From a virus (lineage: Duplodnaviria > Heunggongvirae > Uroviricota > Caudoviricetes), in IMG/VR virus record IMGVR_UViG_3300020045_003677, positions 60,098 through 124,097 of that record: a stretch of 64,000 bases of DNA; one strand, written 5' to 3'. Both the position numbers and the translations under genes were made by a program. This document shows positions 45,941-54,743 of the stretch, piece after piece. A model generated the notes under the pieces. That model saw only the letters and a list, made by a program, of their open reading frames with translations, had not been told where the DNA came from and made no database searches. Positions within the stretch are counted from its first letter, which is position 1. Every line of letters begins with the position of its first letter.

Positions 45941-47137
45941 ATGTTAACAGTTAATGTAGTTAGTCATGGTGATACAAAAACCATCAACGGATCTTTGAAC
46001 GGAGCTAAATTTAACGTTCCTTTTAGTGCAGAACTTTTTGCTGGTTTAAAAGCTAAAGAAGCTGAGTTAGCGTCAATCGAAGACGTAGCGATGTTCGATG
46101 CTTGGACAATTGAAGTGAAAGCTTTGTTGGAAAACAAAGAAGTTGATATCATTGTTACGGCATGTCCTGACTTGATTAAAAACCCAAAAACCGGGTTCTA
46201 CTTCGTAAAAGTAGTTGATAATGGTGTTGAGAAAGTTTCCAAAACTCCGGTTCCAGAGAAACTAGTAGCAATCATCCTTGAGTCGGTTGAAAAAGAAATC
46301 GATCCAACTCCGCTTGTAAAAGCCTGGATTCGTTTCTTGCGTAACCCTAACTTCACCCCAAACAAAGCTGAACGTTTTGTAGACTATATCACTTCTGTGA
46401 TTGTGGATACCGAAGAAGCTCGTAGATTGGTTGAAGAAGAAGGATTCACTGCTGAAGTTGCAACCGCTCGTTCTATTTATAACGACGTGGCTATCACTCA
46501 GGAAGGTCTTATTGTAGCCAAAAAGTATGCAAAACTGCTTACTGAAGGTTGGGTTATTGATGCAGAAACCAACAAAGCTAAAAAAGCTCCTCTGTATCCA
46601 ATGACTCCGGACACCATCGACTTCCATAGTGGAAAAATCACTAAAGGTGAAGCTGTTTTACCTGAATTTGCCGAAGAATTGTTCTTCGAACCACCAGTAC
46701 AGGGTACTAGCGGTGATGAGTTCTTATCTGGTGATAACAAAGGTCACTTGATCGCTGTTGGTAAAAAACACACTTTGGAAAAATGGTCGCAGGTTAACAC
46801 CAACGACGATACCACTTGTGTAAAAGGTCTTCACGTTGGTGGATGGAGATACGTCTCTTCTTACAAAGGACTTAACTGTCAGTTGTTGGAATGTTTCGTT
46901 GACCCAGCTGAGATTGGTGCTATCTGCGATGTGAATCGTAACAGTGATGGTGCTATCCGTGTTCGCGAATACTTCGTTTATGGTGCTGTAGAAGGCCGTA
47001 ACAAAGGTATTTATCACTCTTCTAAATATGCTGCCATGAAGGACACCGAATGGGAAGCTTACAAAAAAGAAGCTGTGGAAAACAGTAACAAACTCGTTGC
47101 CAAAATCGCTGATTCGGTAAACGACATGGGGCTGTAG
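45941..47137 (+). CDS. Hypothetical protein.
   Basis: 398-aa ORF. Confidence 0.6.
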   Translation: MLTVNVVSHGDTKTINGSLNGAKFNVPFSAELFAGLKAKEAELASIEDVAMFDAWTIEVKALLENKEVDIIVTACPDLIKNPKTGFYFVKVVDNGVEKVSKTPVPEKLVAIILESVEKEIDPTPLVKAWIRFLRNPNFTPNKAERFVDYITSVIVDTEEARRLVEEEGFTAEVATARSIYNDVAITQEGLIVAKKYAKLLTEGWVIDAETNKAKKAPLYPMTPDTIDFHSGKITKGEAVLPEFAEELFFEPPVQGTSGDEFLSGDNKGHLIAVGKKHTLEKWSQVNTNDDTTCVKGLHVGGWRYVSSYKGLNCQLLECFVDPAEIGAICDVNRNSDGAIRVREYFVYGAVEGRNKGIYHSSKYAAMKDTEWEAYKKEAVENSNKLVAKIADSVNDMGL

Positions 47138-47243
47138 TAAATATTGGGCTGGGGAGCAATTCCTGGCCCACTTTACTGTTTATAAAGAATGAGATGGTAG
47201 CCTGTTGTTACCGTCTACGAATGTTAATCGAAAATAAGAAATC

Positions 47244-47471
47244 ATGAGTAAAGCACTCGTTGAAACAGCCGGTCAGATTAATGACGGCACACTGCTCTTA
47301 GAAGGTAAAACAGCTGCTGAATTGGCTGTAGTGATTACTGAGTTAACTGGTGAGTTGACTGTAAGAATCAACAAATTCCTGGGTGGAAACAAAAGCGCCG
47401 GTAAAGACGCACGTAAAGTAACACTGGCCCTTGACCGGGTATATAAAGCTTTCCGTAAAGCTTCGGTGTAA
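47244..47471 (+). CDS. Small hypothetical protein followed by a strong terminator.
   Basis: 75-aa ORF. The terminator at 47497..47528 lies immediately downstream. Confidence 0.5.
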   Translation: MSKALVETAGQINDGTLLLEGKTAAELAVVITELTGELTVRINKFLGGNKSAGKDARKVTLALDRVYKAFRKASV

Positions 47472-47496
47472 CAGAAACATATCAATACAATATCAG

Positions 47497-47528
47497 AGAG
47501 GCCTGCATCTAGTAGGCCTCTTTTTTTA
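47497..47528 (+). terminator. Rho-independent terminator.
   Basis: 8-bp stem agaggcct/aggcctct with a 9-nt loop, followed by ttttttt. Confidence 0.7.
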
Positions 47529-47537
47529 TGTCCAATT

Positions 47538-47756
47538 ATGAGTAAATTAGAAAAGAAGAATATAGTGGTCGACTCTATAAAGGTAGATGGAAAAGAAATT
47601 CATAATGGATCAGACCTGTTAGCAATGATTACCGATGATGGTAGAATAGTGCTACAAACTTCCATAGGGAAAACCAAAATACAGTTACTTGAAATTATCC
47701 TGTCAAAGGACGATTCAAATTTGATTATTAAAGATGAGCAAACTAGCAATCATTGA
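47538..47756 (+). CDS. Hypothetical protein.
   Basis: 72-aa ORF. Confidence 0.45.
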   Translation: MSKLEKKNIVVDSIKVDGKEIHNGSDLLAMITDDGRIVLQTSIGKTKIQLLEIILSKDDSNLIIKDEQTSNH

Positions 47757-48717
47757 CGCTGATTCAATGATCTACATAATTGCGTGGAAGTTCAAGACAA
47801 AGAAGGTAGCAAACATGGTTAGGATTAGTCTTAATCAGTTTATACACGAATTGCTAAAAGCTTCTGGAGCAACACATTATGTTGGATTCTATGGATCGAG
47901 TGATAAAACTACTGCACCTAACTTTAGGTTTGCATTAGACCCTGAATACAAAGCAAACAGGCCTGAGACACCTGAATTTATTACCAAATGGAGACCTACC
48001 ATCCACAAGGAGATGTCTGACAAATGGGGATTTCTACCTGTTAGTGGTATGGAAGCCGACGATGCAGTTAGCATTACAAAGCGCAGGTATGAGAAAGAGT
48101 ATGATGAGATTGTAGTAATCACTGCAGATAAAGATCTTAAACAACTCGCCGGCATAACTCACTTCGATATGGGCAAACACAAGTTTACTGATATCACTCA
48201 GCTTGAAGCAGATAAGTTCTTTGTTGAACAACTGCTGAAGGGTGATACTGGTGATAATGTCAAAGGCTTGCCGGGCATTGGACCAAAGACTGCTGCTGCT
48301 CTTGTTGCCGGGTGTAAAACCACTGCTGATCTAAAGTGGATGGCTATCAGGATGTATAAAAACCATTTTGATTCCAAGGAAACCAAGCTTACCAAGACTG
48401 TGGAGACAGATATTGAGGTTGAATGGACCACATGGCTCGATGAAATGAAAGCTGACACTAAGAGTGTTATACACAAACTTACCGACAAACAGTTAGAACG
48501 CCAGAAACGGTTGTTCATTACTGGTGCAGCTAAGAAACGTGCAGCCGAAAAATCTAATGGTGGGTGGAGAGCTTATATCAAACAGCAGTATCAGTTGTTG
48601 CGTATGCTTGATGAGGCCCCGGATGGATTTGTAATTCCAGAACCTGTAGAGTTTGCTCATGCAGTAGTTGATACTGACATGGACCCTGCAGAAGACACCG
48701 ATTTTCTAGGATTGTAG
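47734..48717 (+). CDS. 5'-3' exonuclease / flap endonuclease (FEN, T4 RNase H / T5 D15-like).
   Basis: N-terminal LAIIDADSMIY acidic cluster. H3TH motif GDTGDNVKGLPGIGPKTAAALV. Confidence 0.75.
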   Translation: MSKLAIIDADSMIYIIAWKFKTKKVANMVRISLNQFIHELLKASGATHYVGFYGSSDKTTAPNFRFALDPEYKANRPETPEFITKWRPTIHKEMSDKWGFLPVSGMEADDAVSITKRRYEKEYDEIVVITADKDLKQLAGITHFDMGKHKFTDITQLEADKFFVEQLLKGDTGDNVKGLPGIGPKTAAALVAGCKTTADLKWMAIRMYKNHFDSKETKLTKTVETDIEVEWTTWLDEMKADTKSVIHKLTDKQLERQKRLFITGAAKKRAAEKSNGGWRAYIKQQYQLLRMLDEAPDGFVIPEPVEFAHAVVDTDMDPAEDTDFLGL

Positions 48718-48718
48718 T

Positions 48719-49837
48719 ATGAGTAGAGCCGAAACAATTCAAGCTATAAGAGATAGAATACTAAGTATTCCTCTTGCAGAAGTTCAGGCCCGTATAGCTG
48801 AGAAGTTTTACGGAATGGATAAAGTTGTTGAAGCTTTATACATGGGTACTTCAGCCGGTAAGAACATCATCTTATATGGTCCTGGTGGATTTGGTAAGTC
48901 ACAGGTAGTCAAAGAGTTTCTAAGTATAGTTGGGGTTGGTGCTCCGACAATTGTTGGTTATGAGGATATGGAGGTTGAGGCTTTGTTGGGAGTTCCTAAC
49001 ATTGAGAAGCTTACCAAACATTCTGTGTACGAATTAGCATTTGATAGAAGTGTATTTAGAGTCCCGGGCATATTAATTCTTGAAGAGTTTTTAGACGCCC
49101 GACCATCCACCGCAGCAGCCTTGAAGGATGTGTTGACGGAAGGAGGTCTCCGACAGGGAGGGTATTTTACTGAGTCTCTTATCAGTTCTGTTATCATTTG
49201 CACCAACAAGTCTCCGGAAGACGTCAGTATCGATGATTCGACTAGCGCTTTCTATAAGGAGAGGTTTCCAATTAGAGTAAAGGTTATATGGAACAACTTC
49301 TCACACGAGAGTTACTCCGATTTCTTATCTCTGATAAAGCCTGTGGAGTCTAAAGAACAACCGTTAATGTACGATGTATTAGCCGAGATGGCTTCACGTA
49401 CTGCTACTCTGGTTTCTCCTAGAATGGTTAAGGATGCATCAGATTTGATTGATATTCACAAGTCTGTAACTGTACTTAAGTTGGTAGAAGGGCTGGATTC
49501 GATAGAGTTGAGCGAGATGCTTACTTATTGTTCCATGGTCAAAGAGAGAGTGAAGATTAACGCTATCCTGAGTCAGGCTAGAACATGGTTATCTTCTCTT
49601 CAATCCAAACCACTTACTACTGTTAGGGTACTTACAGGAGCTATATCTGAGATAAACTATGTGGTAGCCAAATTAACAGAACTATCTGCTAAGCACCATG
49701 AGAATGCTATCGAAGTCATGACATTCATTAAAGAGTGCCAGGAGTTTGATCACGCTCTACGATACAGAATAGTTGCAGACTTAGACTCTGAGACTGAGAC
49801 AAAACTAAAATCAATATTCAATGGTACAGCATCCTAG
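48719..49837 (+). CDS. MoxR-like AAA ATPase.
   Basis: Walker A GPGGFGKSQV and Walker B ILILEEF. A vWA protein lies immediately downstream, which is a typical MoxR-VWA pairing. Confidence 0.6.
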   Translation: MSRAETIQAIRDRILSIPLAEVQARIAEKFYGMDKVVEALYMGTSAGKNIILYGPGGFGKSQVVKEFLSIVGVGAPTIVGYEDMEVEALLGVPNIEKLTKHSVYELAFDRSVFRVPGILILEEFLDARPSTAAALKDVLTEGGLRQGGYFTESLISSVIICTNKSPEDVSIDDSTSAFYKERFPIRVKVIWNNFSHESYSDFLSLIKPVESKEQPLMYDVLAEMASRTATLVSPRMVKDASDLIDIHKSVTVLKLVEGLDSIELSEMLTYCSMVKERVKINAILSQARTWLSSLQSKPLTTVRVLTGAISEINYVVAKLTELSAKHHENAIEVMTFIKECQEFDHALRYRIVADLDSETETKLKSIFNGTAS

Positions 49838-50903
49838 TTATGTTAGAAGCGTAGAAGACTATGAGATATCTGCTATGGCAAGTCGCCTTGGATATGTTAA
49901 TTATCTTCCTTACCAAGTTGTAAGAGACATGATGGCTATTCGTGGAAACCAGATTATGAATGATGGTAAGATAGTAGACTTGTGGCCTACACCATACAGT
50001 ACTGCTTTGATCGAATTATTTTCAATGTTTGATCAAACTATCATCAAAAGTAATAGCATCCTAGAATTTGCTGTAAATGTGCTGAAACTAATGTCTCGTA
50101 AAGTGAACCTCAGAGAGTTGGAGAAGAGTCTTTCTACTAAACAACCTGTACTTATCGACTTGGAAAGTAAGCAAGTAAACTATGCGGATGACCTTTCAGA
50201 AGTTAATCCAGAATACTTTGATATTCTTGGAATAGAGACTACTGGTATTCCTATTAACGAACTTGTTTTGCATCCAGATGTCTATGAAGTAATTCATTTC
50301 TACAATGGACTCAAACAGATTTCTGGTAGTCTTTTTCCTACGACTATTGTTACTAGGAACAAGATGACTAAAGTCAGTGATGTACATAAGGTGCGCCGGT
50401 ATAGGTTTGCTTTACCATCATTTCTTGCTGATATCGCATTAAAGAAACCATCTATCAAAACTGAAGAGGTTGAGATGAAGCAGAATAATAGTGTAATTGT
50501 AATGGTGGACGTATCATGGTCTACTACTCTCAGTTCAACCTATAATTCTATGGTTAAAGCGGTGTTCCTGAGCTTGTTGGACTCTTTCATAGATAATGAA
50601 ACCACTATTGATGTGCTGGAGTTCTTTAATTCCCCTTCAAGAGAGTTCACTATTTCAACAAAGGAAGAGCTGATAAACTATGTGAACTATAAACCTACAC
50701 CACAACTTGGTGCTAGTGGATGGAGTTCCATGGGAAAGTTCATGAAGAAATATGACGGCAAGACAGTAATCTTGATTACCGATGGTGAATTAGTAACTGG
50801 TCCAATATCTGGGGATCCTAAGCTATTCATTGTTTCAAATCGGTTCAATCGTAAGTTAGCTGACTTATCTTTTAATACAGATGGTAAATTTGTAGTAGTA
50901 TGA
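49821..50903 (+). CDS. von Willebrand factor A (vWA) domain protein.
   Basis: MIDAS-like motif VIVMVDVSWST (DxSxS) at about residue 230. Follows the MoxR-like ATPase. Confidence 0.55.
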   Translation: MVQHPSYVRSVEDYEISAMASRLGYVNYLPYQVVRDMMAIRGNQIMNDGKIVDLWPTPYSTALIELFSMFDQTIIKSNSILEFAVNVLKLMSRKVNLRELEKSLSTKQPVLIDLESKQVNYADDLSEVNPEYFDILGIETTGIPINELVLHPDVYEVIHFYNGLKQISGSLFPTTIVTRNKMTKVSDVHKVRRYRFALPSFLADIALKKPSIKTEEVEMKQNNSVIVMVDVSWSTTLSSTYNSMVKAVFLSLLDSFIDNETTIDVLEFFNSPSREFTISTKEELINYVNYKPTPQLGASGWSSMGKFMKKYDGKTVILITDGELVTGPISGDPKLFIVSNRFNRKLADLSFNTDGKFVVV

Positions 50904-52192
50904 GTTCAACATTAACAGATGAACAAGCCGATGCCGCCGTTAAGATCAAGGATTTCCTATCTAAGCCGGCAGTTCCGGATAGTTTCTTCTGTCTAACAGG
51001 CCCTCCTGGAAGCGGTAAAACATACATGCTGAAAGAGGCTTTAAAGGGCGAACCAAGAAAAATATACGGTGGTACCATATCACATGCGGCAAAAGAAGTA
51101 CTGGGACAATCTATCGAAGAGTGTTTCACTGTAGCTCAGCTGCTTGGAAAGGTTGCTACCAGTAACAGTGAAGAAGTAAGATTTATTAGTGGTGGCCGTA
51201 AGAAGATAACAGATGCTAAGATTCTGTTGTTGGATGAGGTATCAATGATAGATGATATGGAGTACGATACTATTATGCATGAAGTCAATGCCCTTGGTAT
51301 TCACTTAATAGTAGTAGGGGATCCTTATCAGTTACCACCTGTAAGTCAGGATCATCAGTCTAAATTCTTTGATACTATTCATGCAGAACTTACCACCTCT
51401 CAGAGATTTGAGGGGCCTATTGGTGAGCTAGCAGTAAGAATTAGAGAAGAGATTAGAAAGATAAATCATGATGAGGCCTTTAATAAGTATGTACTTGACG
51501 ATGAGTACGGTCGAACCAATGTGATTCGCAATGGGACCGGGTTTCGATTTGAAAACAATATCTATAAAATGGTCGACAGTGTTGCGGGAGAAATCTCAAA
51601 ACATCGTGGTGATAAAGAACATGCTCGAATTCTAGCATATAAAAACTCTACTATAAAACTACTCAACAACTCAGTTAGGATAGCCATCTACGGCGATAAT
51701 TCTAAGCAATTCGAGTATGGAGAGATAGTAATCTGTAATGGAGGGTTTTCTGCTGGAAAGATCCCAGTACTGTACAATGGTCAGGTACTATCAGTAGATG
51801 ACTCTGTTGTTGCACTTGGACCTTACGAAGTACCTTGTGTCTATCTTAAGTTGAATGGTATACCATCACCCCCGACGGGAATTCCGGTTGTATTGAATAC
51901 ACCAGAAGCGATGGCTATCTATGAACATAAGAGAGCACAATCCTATAAGTTAGGAACTGAGTTCGGTCAATGGGGTCAGTATAATATGTTCCTACAGTCG
52001 TTTGCTAAATTCGACTATGCCTATGCAACTTCTCTATATAAAGCACAAGGTATGTCTTTAAACAAGGTGTATGTGTGTGAAGGGGAGATTATGGATGTCA
52101 AGCCGATAGAGTGGAGACAAAGGTTTCAAGCTTTATATGTTGCTATGACTCGCGCTCGTAAAGAGCTAACAATTTACAACAAAAACGGATAA
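50900..52192 (+). CDS. Dda/RecD-like superfamily 1 DNA helicase.
   Basis: Motif I GPPGSGKT, II LLLDEVSMI, III VVGDPYQLPPV, V ATSLYKAQGMS and VI YVAMTRARKEL. Confidence 0.85.
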   Translation: MSSTLTDEQADAAVKIKDFLSKPAVPDSFFCLTGPPGSGKTYMLKEALKGEPRKIYGGTISHAAKEVLGQSIEECFTVAQLLGKVATSNSEEVRFISGGRKKITDAKILLLDEVSMIDDMEYDTIMHEVNALGIHLIVVGDPYQLPPVSQDHQSKFFDTIHAELTTSQRFEGPIGELAVRIREEIRKINHDEAFNKYVLDDEYGRTNVIRNGTGFRFENNIYKMVDSVAGEISKHRGDKEHARILAYKNSTIKLLNNSVRIAIYGDNSKQFEYGEIVICNGGFSAGKIPVLYNGQVLSVDDSVVALGPYEVPCVYLKLNGIPSPPTGIPVVLNTPEAMAIYEHKRAQSYKLGTEFGQWGQYNMFLQSFAKFDYAYATSLYKAQGMSLNKVYVCEGEIMDVKPIEWRQRFQALYVAMTRARKELTIYNKNG

Positions 52193-52194
52193 TT

Positions 52195-52524
52195 ATGCCA
52201 TTTTATACAGGTAAATCGGCCGATGGGTCTGATGCCCAAGAGGTTGAGGGTATGTATGTCAATCCTAAAAATCCAGAAGAGTGGAGTTCACGTCCATACC
52301 CAGAGCACATTAAGATCATGAATATGAAGAATGATGTTCTAAGGTATATGAATGGTAAGTATACCCTACAGGATGTGTACGAACAGATTCAGGCTAGGAC
52401 TTGTGGGTTAAGCGTATCTCGCAGAGAGTATGTGTTGAGTCATTTTGACGAGAACGGAGTATTTCTCTACGATGAGGCAGAAGAAAAAGAAGTCTCTGAA
52501 GAGGTTTCTAACGACAGTGAGTAA
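52195..52524 (+). CDS. Hypothetical acidic protein.
   Basis: 109-aa ORF. Confidence 0.5.
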   Translation: MPFYTGKSADGSDAQEVEGMYVNPKNPEEWSSRPYPEHIKIMNMKNDVLRYMNGKYTLQDVYEQIQARTCGLSVSRREYVLSHFDENGVFLYDEAEEKEVSEEVSNDSE

Positions 52525-52547
52525 ATACCAAATCAAAACTAAATTAA

Positions 52548-53486
52548 ATGTTTAACGAAATAAAAACAGTGCTAAGCACAGATGAGAATGTGGTTAAATT
52601 CGTGTTCACTACCACAGATGCCGTAGCGGAAGCAGTTCTATACAAGTATCCAACCTATGAAGATCGTACAGTTATTTGCTGTTCGACTCAAAGTGGATGT
52701 CCGGTAGGCTGTGTATTTTGCGGTACAGGCAAGTTCTTTACACGTAACTTAACTGCAGATGAGATAGTTCAGCAGATAAAGACTGCAGTAGACCACACAG
52801 GTATTGATCCGGTCTTCTCGAAGAAGTTCCAGATTATGTTCATGTCAATGGGAGAGCCGTTATTGAATATCGACGCTGTTATTGACGCTATTGAGATGCT
52901 GAGTATGATGTATCCAAATGCTGACTTGCTAGTAAGTACGTCTTTACCCAGCAATGCCCTGTTTAAACATGGTATATCTGCAGGTAATATGGATACTAGT
53001 AATTTAGACAAGCTTGTTAGTCTTGCTAGAATATTTCCTAAGATTGGTCTACAAATTTCATTGCATGAATCTACTGACCAAGCTCGTACGAAGCTGATCC
53101 CTACAAACACTGCAACTATATTTCAGATATCTCAGGCAGCAAAAGCATTTCTGTATGCTACTGGACGTAAAGCATTCTTAAATTATTGTGTACATGAAGG
53201 TAACTCTTCTGATGTTGATATCCAACATCTACTTGCTGCGTTTCATCCAAATGAATGCGAGTTCACTTTATCTGTTATCTGTGAGAAAGACCAATCTATG
53301 AAGAATGCTATCGAAGAAAAGGTTGCTATGGTAGTTGACTTTGCATCACGTATGGGTGCAGTAGGATATTCGACGCGAGTATTCAACCCGGCAGGACAAG
53401 ATGATATTGGTGGTGGATGCGGACAGTTATGGTTTGTTCAGGAATGGGCTAAAAAACATAAAAATGAAGACAGAACTTGCAGTTAG
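52548..53486 (+). CDS. Radical SAM enzyme of the RlmN/Cfr family (RNA adenine C2/C8 methyltransferase-like), lacking the N-terminal domain.
   Basis: TVICCSTQSGCPVGCVFCGTGKFFTRNLTADEIVQQI aligns with RlmN [37 protein letters not shown] (CX3CX2C). IMFMSMGEPLLNI matches VVMMGMGEPLLNL. QISLHESTD matches AISLHAPND. C-terminal GGGCGQLW matches the conserved DAACGQL cysteine. Confidence 0.75.
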   Translation: MFNEIKTVLSTDENVVKFVFTTTDAVAEAVLYKYPTYEDRTVICCSTQSGCPVGCVFCGTGKFFTRNLTADEIVQQIKTAVDHTGIDPVFSKKFQIMFMSMGEPLLNIDAVIDAIEMLSMMYPNADLLVSTSLPSNALFKHGISAGNMDTSNLDKLVSLARIFPKIGLQISLHESTDQARTKLIPTNTATIFQISQAAKAFLYATGRKAFLNYCVHEGNSSDVDIQHLLAAFHPNECEFTLSVICEKDQSMKNAIEEKVAMVVDFASRMGAVGYSTRVFNPAGQDDIGGGCGQLWFVQEWAKKHKNEDRTCS

Positions 53487-53832
53487 ATCATCCTCATTTG
53501 AAACATATAAGATTTTTAAAAGTGATGTGGAGAAATTAGGATTTAGGTATGAACATAACTTTGTTCCGTTTGAAGAGCTTAGTATGGAGCGGACTTCCTG
53601 TTTGTTCTTTTCCAGATCCTGGCATAGTACCAACGATTTTATGTTTTCGTTTTCTAACCCATCCGACGATAAAGTAATAATTGATATAGACTATGCTGAT
53701 GGGTATGTGCGTGGTATTCAAGCTGCCACTAAACTCTATAGCAATAGATCTAAAGTGCCTGTCTCAATAAAAGAGATTGCTGCATGGAAAAATTGTGCTG
53801 TAGCCGATCTACAAATAGTATTCGATGAGTAA
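53464..53832 (+). CDS. Hypothetical protein.
   Basis: Internal ATG at 53464 of track ORF 53401..53832. Either start overlaps the radical SAM gene. Confidence 0.45.
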   Translation: MKTELAVRSSSFETYKIFKSDVEKLGFRYEHNFVPFEELSMERTSCLFFSRSWHSTNDFMFSFSNPSDDKVIIDIDYADGYVRGIQAATKLYSNRSKVPVSIKEIAAWKNCAVADLQIVFDE

Positions 53833-54283
53833 TGCAGTTTTTCACGGTAAGTTATTACGTAACTACCAACTAGTGACTAAGCCTGGCGTTTATATGGTTA
53901 GAGTAGGATATACTGTGACGGAAAAGAGCCTAATAAACGACGATTATCCGAGGTATTTGATTCCACTGAGAGTTACTACTCCAGATGGATTACAAGCTAT
54001 CCTTGATCTTCTAAACGCTAGTCCAGTTGTTCCATTTGACGATGTCAAGTCATACTTTTTGTATGGAGCAATATTTTCAGAACATGTTACCGAGACCGAT
54101 CTTCCGGTGAAAGGTGACTTAATTTTAGCATCGTTTGATTACGATGAGAACTCAGGTAAACTTATGTGTGTAAATCTAGAGCAACTACCGAGAGAAGAGT
54201 TGGAGTTTGTAAAAGCAGAAGAGTTGCTAAACTTCCAAGCAAAGATGGCCTCGCTACTAGAGTTTACGCATGAAAAGTCTTAA
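53825..54283 (+). CDS. Hypothetical protein.
   Basis: 152-aa ORF. Confidence 0.55.
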   Translation: MSNAVFHGKLLRNYQLVTKPGVYMVRVGYTVTEKSLINDDYPRYLIPLRVTTPDGLQAILDLLNASPVVPFDDVKSYFLYGAIFSEHVTETDLPVKGDLILASFDYDENSGKLMCVNLEQLPREELEFVKAEELLNFQAKMASLLEFTHEKS

Positions 54284-54299
54284 ATAACAACAACTTAAA

Positions 54300-54743
54300 A
54301 TGAATAAAGAATTCACACAACTGAATGGTAAATACAACGATGATACTTATCCTACGTTCCCATTCGTTTCGAAAAATAAAATAACCCTTCTTAAATCTGG
54401 GCTGTACAAAAAACACAAAGCTAACTTCAGAGGCATCACAGCTACCTTTAACAAGGACTCTGGTGAGTATGAATTTCCATTGTATGGAATGTACCTCGTG
54501 AAAGAGGATATGGTTATTGTTCCGGATGAACTAGAGTTAAACGAGAGTAAACAAGCATTTCTTAATGCAGCGATTACTGCCGGTTATATTCAATCCAGCA
54601 AGCCACCTAAATTTGAAACTGTTAAATTTCCCGCTGATTCACCGGAAGCTAAATTGGCTTTATCAAATAAGGTAGACTTTCAATTTAGTCAGGTAATAGA
54701 CGGGTCTCAAGAAGACGAAGTCTATGATCCATCTCGTAACTAG
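54300..54743 (+). CDS. Hypothetical protein.
   Basis: 147-aa ORF. Confidence 0.55.
   Translation: MNKEFTQLNGKYNDDTYPTFPFVSKNKITLLKSGLYKKHKANFRGITATFNKDSGEYEFPLYGMYLVKEDMVIVPDELELNESKQAFLNAAITAGYIQSSKPPKFETVKFPADSPEAKLALSNKVDFQFSQVIDGSQEDEVYDPSRN

Noticed and set aside
47113-47175. Sequence cgacauggggcug...ggggagcaauucc at the 3' end of gene 45941..47137 resembling the start of the 11940 island (cgacaugggggagcuuaacucc).
   Set aside because: A 10-mer plus a heptamer match could be chance in 64 kb. Noted as a possible shared terminator or processing motif only. It was not annotated as a feature.
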